From: Bacillota bacterium
GTDB taxonomy: Bacteria; Bacillota_I; Bacilli_A; RFN20; CAG-288
Assembly (NCBI GenBank): GCA_023398335.1
Contig: JAEWSJ010000009.1
Span: 55,567 to 119,566 of the forward strand
DNA length: 64,000 nucleotides
Reading direction: 5' to 3'
The first letter of the stretch is position 1. Each line of letters begins with the position of its first letter. Shown in pieces: positions 40,805 to 49,209 of the stretch. The translations under genes and the position numbers were made by a program. A model generated the notes under the pieces. The model had not been told where the DNA came from and made no database searches. It saw only the letters and a program-made list of their open reading frames with translations.

Positions 40805-40992
40805 AACAAATAAAAAAGTGCCTATTTAAGGAATTTTTATAATTTATTACATAAATTATTAACCGTGATTTCACAGAAAAAAGATAGTTATCCACCGCTT
40901 TATATTACTATATATTTACTAATTATCTACTAATATAAAACTAAATTATTAATTTTGAATTTTTTGTTACTAATATCTCACTACAGTCTTAT

Positions 40993-41829
40993 CTATTTCG
41001 TATTAGTCTGATTCTTCTTAATTAAATTAAAAGTAATCGATTTGCTAGTAGTGATTCCATACTTCAATTCTAATTCTCTTTTAATGAAATGAATTACTAT
41101 TTCTATTATTATCATGAATAGCACTGAAATAAACGTATAACCAAATAAATCAGTCATTTCTAAATTTAAGAACGAAATATTGATCAACGTACCAATTCCC
41201 TTTAGATTCGTATTAGAAATAAATACTTCACTCATAAGCTCTACTTTCAATCCTAGAGCGGATGCTTGTGAAAGACCGATGAAGAGATAAGGAAGAGATA
41301 AAGGACACAAGACCTTTGTAAAATTATTAATTGAATGTCTGCCTTCAATTGTAATTATATCGCGATAGTCTTTTAATATAATTTTACTTCCCTCAAGAGT
41401 AGATTTATATATAAGTGGAAAAGTAATTAAGAAGACAATTACATATGTTGTGACTTTAGTATAGATAAGAAGGACTAGAATTAACGATACTGTAGGTATA
41501 GATGTCAAAAAATAGATCATCGGTTTTAAGATTACTTCGATTTGAGAAAAGAAACCAGCGAGTAATCCAAGAAAGTATCCTATAAAGGTCGATATAAATA
41601 AAACGATAATCACTCGCATAATCGAATAGCCAAGATTTATCCATGTATCATTATCAGCCATCAAAATAAACATTTTATATATAGTTAAGAATAACTCTGG
41701 AACAACTTTATAAGAAGTAAGATATGCAATTAGTTCGTATATTCCACATAACAAAATAATACCTATAAGCATATAGATAGAATTTAGAAATTTTTTGTTC
41801 TTAAAAATGTTAATGTTCAATTCCTTCAT
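40993..41829 (-). CDS. ABC-importer type permease (6 TM)
   Basis: 278 aa with 6 TM helices and an EAA-like loop (LSQASALGLKVELMSEVF). Sits downstream of two lipoprotein genes. Confidence 0.5.
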   Translation of the reverse strand: MKELNINIFKNKKFLNSIYMLIGIILLCGIYELIAYLTSYKVVPELFLTIYKMFILMADNDTWINLGYSIMRVIIVLFISTFIGYFLGLLAGFFSQIEVILKPMIYFLTSIPTVSLILVLLIYTKVTTYVIVFLITFPLIYKSTLEGSKIILKDYRDIITIEGRHSINNFTKVLCPLSLPYLFIGLSQASALGLKVELMSEVFISNTNLKGIGTLINISFLNLEMTDLFGYTFISVLFMIIIEIVIHFIKRELELKYGITTSKSITFNLIKKNQTNTK

Positions 41830-41924
41830 ACTTATTTATTATACTTTATCTACACCGTTTATAGTTAAAAAAACACAAGTAATCAAAGATAATTTCCTGC
41901 GCCTTATTAAAAATAATAATAGTT

Positions 41925-42977
41925 TTATTTATACAATTTAGAGAATGTAGTATCTTTTAGAGCTGAGAATCCAGTTAATGCTGCTTCAGCAAAGAATTCA
42001 TTGATTGAAAATTGCTTAGAATTAAATGCAAGTCCATTAACGTCTAATACAGTAGTTAAGGTCTCTTTATCTACTCCATAGGTTGTACTGGCTTTATAGG
42101 TATTATTTTCTTCTGCTTTATTTATTAAGCTTAAGATACCCTGCCCTTTATTATTTTCTAAATCATTTAAACTTTCATCAAAATTAGCTAAGAAATTATC
42201 TCGACTTGATATTAAATCCTTTTCTGTAGCATTTTCGAGACGATTGGAAATAAATAATCCAGCTTGTGGAAATCCATCAAAGCCATTCCCAGAATTCATA
42301 TTGTTTGTTTTCGAATATTTTTGCCACTCTTTTGTTATATTATATTTAATTGATAATGAATTATTAGCCGCTAACGCCTTGGTAACGTATGGTTCGGAAA
42401 GAATAACATAATTTACTGTTTTCCCTTCTAATACCTTAGTTTCAGCAACGCTTTCAGCTAAAGCAACACCAGCTAAAGACGAATCTATTTTCACATTGTA
42501 CATTTTTTCAAATAGCGAATTAAATATAGATGGGGACCCAAATGAAACAATATTATCTTCTTCATCCAACGTTGAATTTGTGTCATTTCCTAAGTCAATG
42601 AGATAAGCATTACCTTTTGTAACAACCCGAGCTAATTTATATGAGGAGTTTTTCTTTTCGATAAATGTTTGCCCTTTTGTTATATCAAATATAATGGCAT
42701 CATATTCTGTGCCTGAAACAAAAGCCGCTGGAATAATCGTTGCAGGATTCGAAGCAATTGTGCAATTATCGTGATCTTCAACAAAAGGAGCTAATGCAAC
42801 AGAAGGGGCACCAATCGGTGACAAAACCTTAAAATCTAGTTTCTTAGTACTTAATGCACTATTACAACTAGTAAGTAAAAGTGGCACCATTAATAAAGTA
42901 ATATATTTTTTTTGCATAATTATTTCTCCTATGTTTATTATATAGCTATAACATTTATTTTCTAATGATATGCTCAT
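41925..42977 (-). CDS. Lipoprotein, putative solute-binding protein (paralog A)
   Basis: Signal peptide plus lipobox LLLTSC. Paralogous to the next gene (shared GLFISNRLENA, KLARVT/V.GNAY). Confidence 0.5.
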   Translation of the reverse strand: MSISLENKCYSYIINIGEIIMQKKYITLLMVPLLLTSCNSALSTKKLDFKVLSPIGAPSVALAPFVEDHDNCTIASNPATIIPAAFVSGTEYDAIIFDITKGQTFIEKKNSSYKLARVVTKGNAYLIDLGNDTNSTLDEEDNIVSFGSPSIFNSLFEKMYNVKIDSSLAGVALAESVAETKVLEGKTVNYVILSEPYVTKALAANNSLSIKYNITKEWQKYSKTNNMNSGNGFDGFPQAGLFISNRLENATEKDLISSRDNFLANFDESLNDLENNKGQGILSLINKAEENNTYKASTTYGVDKETLTTVLDVNGLAFNSKQFSINEFFAEAALTGFSALKDTTFSKLYK

Positions 42978-44009
42978 CTATTTATAGAATGAAGAATAAA
43001 CAGATGGAGCGATTGAATCAACAAAAACATTTAATCTACGTAAATTATTTACTCTTGCAAAACTATCAAGATCAAGCGTATAAGAGCAAAATCCTAAAGC
43101 ATTCACGCCGTTCGGATTTTTATTTCCGTTTAAACAATCACAAATATCGCCATATTCCGCTCCGAAATAATCAATTAAGTCAATTTTCTTATCATCATAA
43201 TAATTCTTAATAATTGATGAAGTAGCATTACCGTTGCTTTGTGATAAATCTGATAGATTCTTATCAATCGAGATTAAAAAATTCTCTCTAGCGTCCTTTA
43301 AAGGGCCTTCTTTAGCATTTTCTAATCTATTAGAAATAAATAAACCGATTGAAGGAACACGAGCATAATCAGTTTCAACGCTACAAAATGTTGAGACAAG
43401 ATTTTGAAATAGATGATAATTTCCATTTTTATCATTTAATAAACGCGAAACATATGGTTCATTTAATATGGCATAATCACCTTCTCCGGAAATGAAATGA
43501 TTATAAGTATCTTTAACATCATCATAAAAAGTGTCTATCGCATTATTATTTATAGCATTATTCTTTATAAATAAAGAGTTTTGAATACCCATAGATGTAT
43601 ATGTATGAGTGTCATAGCGACTATAAGCATAATCATATGAAATGACATTATCAAATGATGAGATAGCTTCTCCATCTGCTACCTCACCTCTCTTTATGAC
43701 ATAAGCATTTCCACATCCTGTGACACGAGCTAGTTTAAATGGGACATTTTTATTTTGTATTAACTCAATTCCTTTAGCTAAATCATATAATATGAAATCA
43801 TATTCTGAAGTGAAAAAAGCATCGTATACTAGAGAAGAAGTAACAAAAGCACAATTATCCGTATCATCTGCATATGAAAGAAAAGGATAGGAATCCCCTC
43901 CTTTAAATGTAATTATTTTAAAAGTCAAACCTTTTTGTATCCAAGAACATGAGGATATAAGTAATGAACTAGATAAAACTAAGGTTAATAATGCTTTTGT
44001 TTTTTTCAT
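42978..44009 (-). CDS. Lipoprotein, putative solute-binding protein (paralog B)
   Basis: Lipobox LLISSCSW. Tandem duplicate of 41925-42977. Confidence 0.5.
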   Translation of the reverse strand: MKKTKALLTLVLSSSLLISSCSWIQKGLTFKIITFKGGDSYPFLSYADDTDNCAFVTSSLVYDAFFTSEYDFILYDLAKGIELIQNKNVPFKLARVTGCGNAYVIKRGEVADGEAISSFDNVISYDYAYSRYDTHTYTSMGIQNSLFIKNNAINNNAIDTFYDDVKDTYNHFISGEGDYAILNEPYVSRLLNDKNGNYHLFQNLVSTFCSVETDYARVPSIGLFISNRLENAKEGPLKDARENFLISIDKNLSDLSQSNGNATSSIIKNYYDDKKIDLIDYFGAEYGDICDCLNGNKNPNGVNALGFCSYTLDLDSFARVNNLRRLNVFVDSIAPSVYSSFYK

Positions 44010-44011
44010 AA

Positions 44012-45202
44012 TTATTTTAATAATTCGTATATTGGAGTACCAATTTCATTTTTGGATTTCTCTACTCCAAAGTTAGCTAAGACAGTTGCTCCAATATCGG
44101 CAAATGTTGCACGTTCTTCGATTTTTACACCGGTATTAAATGATTTAGAATAAGCTAAGAATGGGACTCTTTCACGTGTATGATCAGTTCCACAATGTGT
44201 TGGATCATTACCATGATCGGCTGTGATGATAACTAAGTCATCTTCTCTCATATTATCCATTAATGTTTTTAATTCACCGTCGAATGTTTCAATGGCTTTA
44301 CCATATCCAATTGGATTTCTTCTATGACCATATTCCGAATCAAATTCAACTAGATTAACAAAACATAAGCCGGTAAAATCATCATTTTTAACATAGTCAA
44401 TAGTTTTGGTCATTCCATCTGAATTAGAAACTGTATGTACTGTTTTAGTTACACCACAATTATTAAATATATCTGCTATTTTTCCGACACAAGAAACTTC
44501 AAAGCCATTATCTTTTAAGTCATCCATTGCTGTTCTACCAGTTGGTGATAAGGCGTAATCATGACGATTAGGAGTACGTTTATAGTTTGTCTTATCTGTT
44601 CCTAAATATGGACGAGCAATAATTCGACCTAAGCGATATTCAGGTCTATTACAAATCTCTCTTGCTATTTCACAATCACGATAAAGTTCATTAAGAGGAA
44701 CAATCTCTTCATGCGCAGCAATTTGGAGAACTGAATCCGCTGATGTATAAACAATTAATGAACCATCTTTACATTGTTGCTCACCTAAATCTACTAAAAT
44801 TTGAGTACCAGAAGCGGCACAATTTCCAATGATTTTACGTCCAAATTTCTCTTCTAATTCATCGATTAATTCCTTAGGAAAGCCTGTATCTGTAAAAGTC
44901 TTAAATGGTTTTGTTGTTAATATTCCCATCATTTCCCAGTGACCAGTCATAGTGTCTTTACCGTTAGACTCTTCTCTAAGTGTGGTTACAAATGAATGAG
45001 GATGAAGAACTTTTGTAGTTCCCTTAATATCGGCTAAATCATGTAATCCTAAACTATTTAATGTAGGAATATTTAATCCTCCACATTTTTCAGCAATATG
45101 AACATATGTGTTTGTCCCAACATCACCAAATTTTTTTGCGTCATCTAATGCTCCGATTCCTAATGAATCACATACGATAACAAATATTCTTCTAAATTTC
45201 AT
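44012..45202 (-). CDS. deoB: Phosphopentomutase
   Basis: N-terminus IVCDSLGIG and metalloenzyme-superfamily motifs. Confidence 0.9.
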   Translation of the reverse strand: MKFRRIFVIVCDSLGIGALDDAKKFGDVGTNTYVHIAEKCGGLNIPTLNSLGLHDLADIKGTTKVLHPHSFVTTLREESNGKDTMTGHWEMMGILTTKPFKTFTDTGFPKELIDELEEKFGRKIIGNCAASGTQILVDLGEQQCKDGSLIVYTSADSVLQIAAHEEIVPLNELYRDCEIAREICNRPEYRLGRIIARPYLGTDKTNYKRTPNRHDYALSPTGRTAMDDLKDNGFEVSCVGKIADIFNNCGVTKTVHTVSNSDGMTKTIDYVKNDDFTGLCFVNLVEFDSEYGHRRNPIGYGKAIETFDGELKTLMDNMREDDLVIITADHGNDPTHCGTDHTRERVPFLAYSKSFNTGVKIEERATFADIGATVLANFGVEKSKNEIGTPIYELLK

Positions 45203-45276
45203 ATAAATGCCCTTTCTTTAAAGCAAAATTATTATAAAACAATAGTAGATTTTTATCAAAGAAAACGATATATAAA

Positions 45277-46179
45277 TTACTTCTTGTTCATGAACTCGTC
45301 ATAAGCCGATAAAATTCTTTTGGTAGACACGTGAGTATATATTTGGGTAGTTTCAATTTTAGAATGCCCTAGCATTTCTTGAACATGTTTTAAATTTGCT
45401 CCATTTTCTAACAAATGGGTGGCGAATGAATGCCGCAAAGTATGAGGTGAAATATCTATTTCAATTCCAGCTCTATGAGCGTAGATTTTAATTCGTTTCC
45501 AAAAAAATTGTCTTGAAAGTGGTTGACCACTATTATTTAAGAAAACGTATTTTGAGCGATAATATGGACTTATATTTCTCACTTTTGAAAAATAAAGAGA
45601 CAAATATTGAAGAGCAAATTCTCCAATAGGAATAATTCTTTCTTTATTTCCTTTACCTTTGGTTTTTATATAACCTTGTTGGAAATTGATATTGCCTAAT
45701 TCGAGTGACAATAACTCCGACACTCTTAAACCTGAAGCATACATTGTTTCCAACATAGCTTTATCTCTTATCTCACTTTTATTTGATAAATCAAAAACAT
45801 TTAATAAATCATCTACTTCTTCAAGTGATAATACTGAAGGAAGATGACTTTCGTGTTTTGGTAAATACAATCCAATTAATGGAACGTTAATTAAATTTTC
45901 TTTATTCAAATATATATATAAATAACGTATTGTTCCTGCTCTTCTAATGATGGTTGAAGTATTTTTTCCTGAATTAGATAAATAATTAATAAAAGATGAA
46001 ATATCATCTCTTTTTAATTCTGTTAGTTCTTTATCTTTAATAAAGGCGATAAATTGCTCGATATCAATAGAATATGTAGTAATCGTTGAACTAGAGTCAC
46101 CTTTTTCAACAGTTAGATAAGTTAAAAACTCATCTTTTATATCACTAATTTTCATTTTTCTTATCCTTCTTAATATCAC
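45277..46179 (-). CDS. xerD: Tyrosine recombinase XerD-like (RipX-type). The true start is probably the MKISDIK Met about 8 codons in.
   Basis: Catalytic R...K...HxxR...H...Y all present (GLRVSEL, KGKGNKER, HTLRHSFAT, LGHS, QIYTHV). Adjacent to deoB as ripX is to drm in Bsu. Confidence 0.85.
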   Translation of the reverse strand: MILRRIRKMKISDIKDEFLTYLTVEKGDSSSTITTYSIDIEQFIAFIKDKELTELKRDDISSFINYLSNSGKNTSTIIRRAGTIRYLYIYLNKENLINVPLIGLYLPKHESHLPSVLSLEEVDDLLNVFDLSNKSEIRDKAMLETMYASGLRVSELLSLELGNINFQQGYIKTKGKGNKERIIPIGEFALQYLSLYFSKVRNISPYYRSKYVFLNNSGQPLSRQFFWKRIKIYAHRAGIEIDISPHTLRHSFATHLLENGANLKHVQEMLGHSKIETTQIYTHVSTKRILSAYDEFMNKK

Positions 46180-47332
46180 CTAATGTTTTGAACAATCCAG
46201 CGTTTTTACCACTATTAAGTGTGTTTAATAACACTTTATTTTTACTTTTATTAGTTTTAGGTGTTGAATTTGTTGCTTTAAATAAAGACAATTGTTCTAT
46301 ATTATCATCATTCTCAACTAAATTTTCTAAGGCTACACCAAGAAGACGAACTGGTTCACCTTCATAAAATTTTTCAAATATAGAAATAACTGTTTCACTA
46401 ATAACTTCTAAAGAACATGTATGGAAAGATAAAGATTGACGTTTCGATTTTGTTATAAATTCGTCAGTTCGATATGTTACGCATATTGTTTTGGTTATTT
46501 TATGTGATCTAACCATATTATTTTGGACTTCTTGGCACAAATATATAAGTTCATCCTTCAGTAAATCATAATCCGTTTCGTTCTCTGACAACGTGCGGGA
46601 GACAGAAATACTCTTTGGATCAAACATAGAAGTAACTACCACATCATTTCCCTTACCATTTGCCCATGCAACAAACATGTCATACGCAGAACCTAATGCA
46701 CTTTTAACTTTCGGATTGCTATTATTCGCCAAATCACCAATTGTTAATACATTAAGTTCAATTAACTTTGGATATGTTTTTTTACCTATTCCCCACATAT
46801 CTTTAATTGGAAGTGGCCATATTAGTTTTTTATAATCATCTTTAATTATGATTGTTAGTCCTAATGGCTTAACTAAATCAGAAGCCATTTTAGCTAAAAA
46901 CTTTGTGTGTGCATATCCTATTGAACATTTTAATGTTAATTCTTTATATATATCAATTTGTAAATCTCGTAGATAATCATACGCATTATCATCTGAAACA
47001 AAATTAGTAACATCGATGTAACATTCATCAATCGAAGCAACCTCAATTTCACCAAATCTTCTTCTTAAAAAAGACATAAATTTGTGTGACATTTTTGAAT
47101 ATAATCTGTAATTGCCATCAACTAATATTAAGTCTTTACATAAAGATTTTGCCTCATAGATTGATTGAGCAGAATGAACGCCAAATTTTCTAGCAACATA
47201 ATTAGCTGTCGAGATAACTCCACGCTTCATAGAGCCACCTACAGCGACAGGTTTGCCTTTTAAAGACGGGTTAATATTTTCTTCACATTGAACAAAAAAG
47301 GCATTTAAATCTATATGTACTATATTCTTCAT
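46145..47332 (-). CDS. dinB: DNA polymerase IV (Y-family)
   Basis: N-terminus HIDLNAFFVQCE and GSMKRGVISTANY. Confidence 0.85.
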   Translation of the reverse strand: MKNIVHIDLNAFFVQCEENINPSLKGKPVAVGGSMKRGVISTANYVARKFGVHSAQSIYEAKSLCKDLILVDGNYRLYSKMSHKFMSFLRRRFGEIEVASIDECYIDVTNFVSDDNAYDYLRDLQIDIYKELTLKCSIGYAHTKFLAKMASDLVKPLGLTIIIKDDYKKLIWPLPIKDMWGIGKKTYPKLIELNVLTIGDLANNSNPKVKSALGSAYDMFVAWANGKGNDVVVTSMFDPKSISVSRTLSENETDYDLLKDELIYLCQEVQNNMVRSHKITKTICVTYRTDEFITKSKRQSLSFHTCSLEVISETVISIFEKFYEGEPVRLLGVALENLVENDDNIEQLSLFKATNSTPKTNKSKNKVLLNTLNSGKNAGLFKTLGDIKKDKKNEN

Positions 47333-47410
47333 AATAGTCTAAATACTCCTTTCTAGCTCTTTTAGTAATAAATTAGTATTTATTTAGTTGTTTCACATTA
47401 TATTATTAGT

Positions 47411-49078
47411 TTATTTACTATTTTTTACTTCGTTAATCATTTCTTTAGCAGCTTCTAGCGCGGTTGAAGATAGTTTATCACCAGACAGCATCTTCCCTAC
47501 TTCCTTGATTACCTGCCCTTCATCAATTTCTTTAATATGAGATTTAGTTACATTATCTTCAACAGACTTATATACAAGGTAATGATTGTCTCCATTAGTA
47601 ACAACTTGAGGTAAATGAGAAATAACTATTACCATACTCTTCTTTGAAATTTTCTTTATCTTTTTAGACACCATCGTAGCAATCGGTCCAGATATCCCTG
47701 TATCTATTTCATCAAAGACGATGGTGTCATATGGATCTAAAGAATTAAAAACTGTTTTTAGTGCTAACATCAAACGCGAATTCTCTCCTCCAGAGGCGGC
47801 CTCTTTAAGTGGAACAAACTTCATACCTTTATTTAAAGCAATCTCAAATCTAACTTTGTCGCATCCGTTTTTATTCTCATCGCAAGATGCAATATTTACT
47901 TTAAATCCACCTTGCAATATACCTAGATCGCTAAGTTCACTGTTAACAGCGTTTTCAAGGCGCTCAGCAGCTTTTCTACGCATGGATGATATTTTAATCG
48001 CAAGTTCCTTTGTTTGGTTTATAAACGAAACTAATTCATCATTTAATTCTTTTAACTTATCATCGTAACTATCTAAAGCTAATAACTTCGTTTTATATTC
48101 ACTATACACGTCAAGTATTTGATTAGTTGTCCGTCCAAATTTATGTTTTAATGTAGATAAATCAAACAATCTAGCATTAATCTCTTCTATTCTTTCTAGT
48201 GAAAAATTCAGTTTAGAGTAAGCGGTAAAAATCCCATCTAGTTTTTCTTCAAAATCATTTAATGATTCATATGCAGCATTTGCCTCTTCTTTAAGTAAAC
48301 CATCTTTAAGGCCGTTTATTTTGCTTTCTAGATTAGATAAATAGCTCATAACGCTTAAAGAATCATTACCATAGTAAAATGTCTTAAACTCATTAAACGC
48401 GTCCGAGAGCGAAGAAAATGAGTTTAAAGACAGTAATTCTTCGTTTAAATCTTCAATTTCATTCGGTTGAAGGTTATATTTCTCAATTTCATCTATTTGA
48501 TACTTTAAGTAATCTTTTTGAGATAAATCAGTTGCGGATATGAAATTACTTATTTCATTCTTTTTTTCGATGATTTTCGCGTATGACTTTCGATATTGAT
48601 TCAAAAGATTTAGATAAGAAGGTTCCTTTTCAAAATTATCTACTAAAAAAATATGATTGCTTTCATCAAATAAGATATTGTTATCACCTTGAGAGTGTAT
48701 ATCAATAATATCTTTCATCAATGAAGATAGGACTTGAAGGGATGAAGTTTCGCCATTTATTCGAACAATAGATGATTTACTAGCTAATAAAGAACGAGTA
48801 ATTATTAAAGTGTTATTTTCATCGATGTATTCTTTCAAGGATTCATGATTGTTAATAAAATCTGTGTCAAAGATGAAAGTTCCTTCTATTATCGCTTTTT
48901 TCTCTTCGTTTCTTACCTTATCAAAAGAAGATCTTTTCCCTGTTAAAAGATTTAAAGCATCTATAATAATCGACTTACCTGCACCAGTTTCACCGACTAA
49001 AACATTCATCCCTTTATTTAATGAAATATCAATATCCTCTATGATGGCAAAGTTTTCAATTCTCAGATTAGCTAACAT
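47411..49078 (-). CDS. recN: DNA repair protein RecN
   Basis: Walker A GETGAGKS, coiled-coil and C-terminal signature. Confidence 0.9.
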   Translation of the reverse strand: MLANLRIENFAIIEDIDISLNKGMNVLVGETGAGKSIIIDALNLLTGKRSSFDKVRNEEKKAIIEGTFIFDTDFINNHESLKEYIDENNTLIITRSLLASKSSIVRINGETSSLQVLSSLMKDIIDIHSQGDNNILFDESNHIFLVDNFEKEPSYLNLLNQYRKSYAKIIEKKNEISNFISATDLSQKDYLKYQIDEIEKYNLQPNEIEDLNEELLSLNSFSSLSDAFNEFKTFYYGNDSLSVMSYLSNLESKINGLKDGLLKEEANAAYESLNDFEEKLDGIFTAYSKLNFSLERIEEINARLFDLSTLKHKFGRTTNQILDVYSEYKTKLLALDSYDDKLKELNDELVSFINQTKELAIKISSMRRKAAERLENAVNSELSDLGILQGGFKVNIASCDENKNGCDKVRFEIALNKGMKFVPLKEAASGGENSRLMLALKTVFNSLDPYDTIVFDEIDTGISGPIATMVSKKIKKISKKSMVIVISHLPQVVTNGDNHYLVYKSVEDNVTKSHIKEIDEGQVIKEVGKMLSGDKLSSTALEAAKEMINEVKNSK

Positions 49079-49209
49079 ATTATCACCTCATCAATTCGTA
49101 CTATTATTATATAATATTTATCGCTGATTTTGCCTATTATGTAAATTAAAAAGACTTTAATAAGATTATTTATTAAAAAAAATCTTCCCCAAAAAGGAGA
49201 AGATAAGTG

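Noticed and set aside
40741-40900. RNase P RNA-like motifs (GGAAAGCCC...AUAGGGCA and ACAGAA...CCGCUUUA)
   Set aside because: The motifs are only about 140 nt apart, far too close for rnpB, which needs about 250 nt between the P4 strands. The dif site lies between them and other conserved regions are absent.
40993-45276. IMEX (integrative element exploiting Xer) between dif and xerD
   Set aside because: No second dif-like copy was seen by eye flanking the lipoprotein/permease/deoB block, and xerD-deoB is ancestral synteny. The possibility stays open pending a motif scan.
47333-47410. LexA/Cheo box upstream of dinB and recN
   Set aside because: No GAAC-N4-GTTC-like palindrome seen by eye. Reported as absent, pending a PWM scan.
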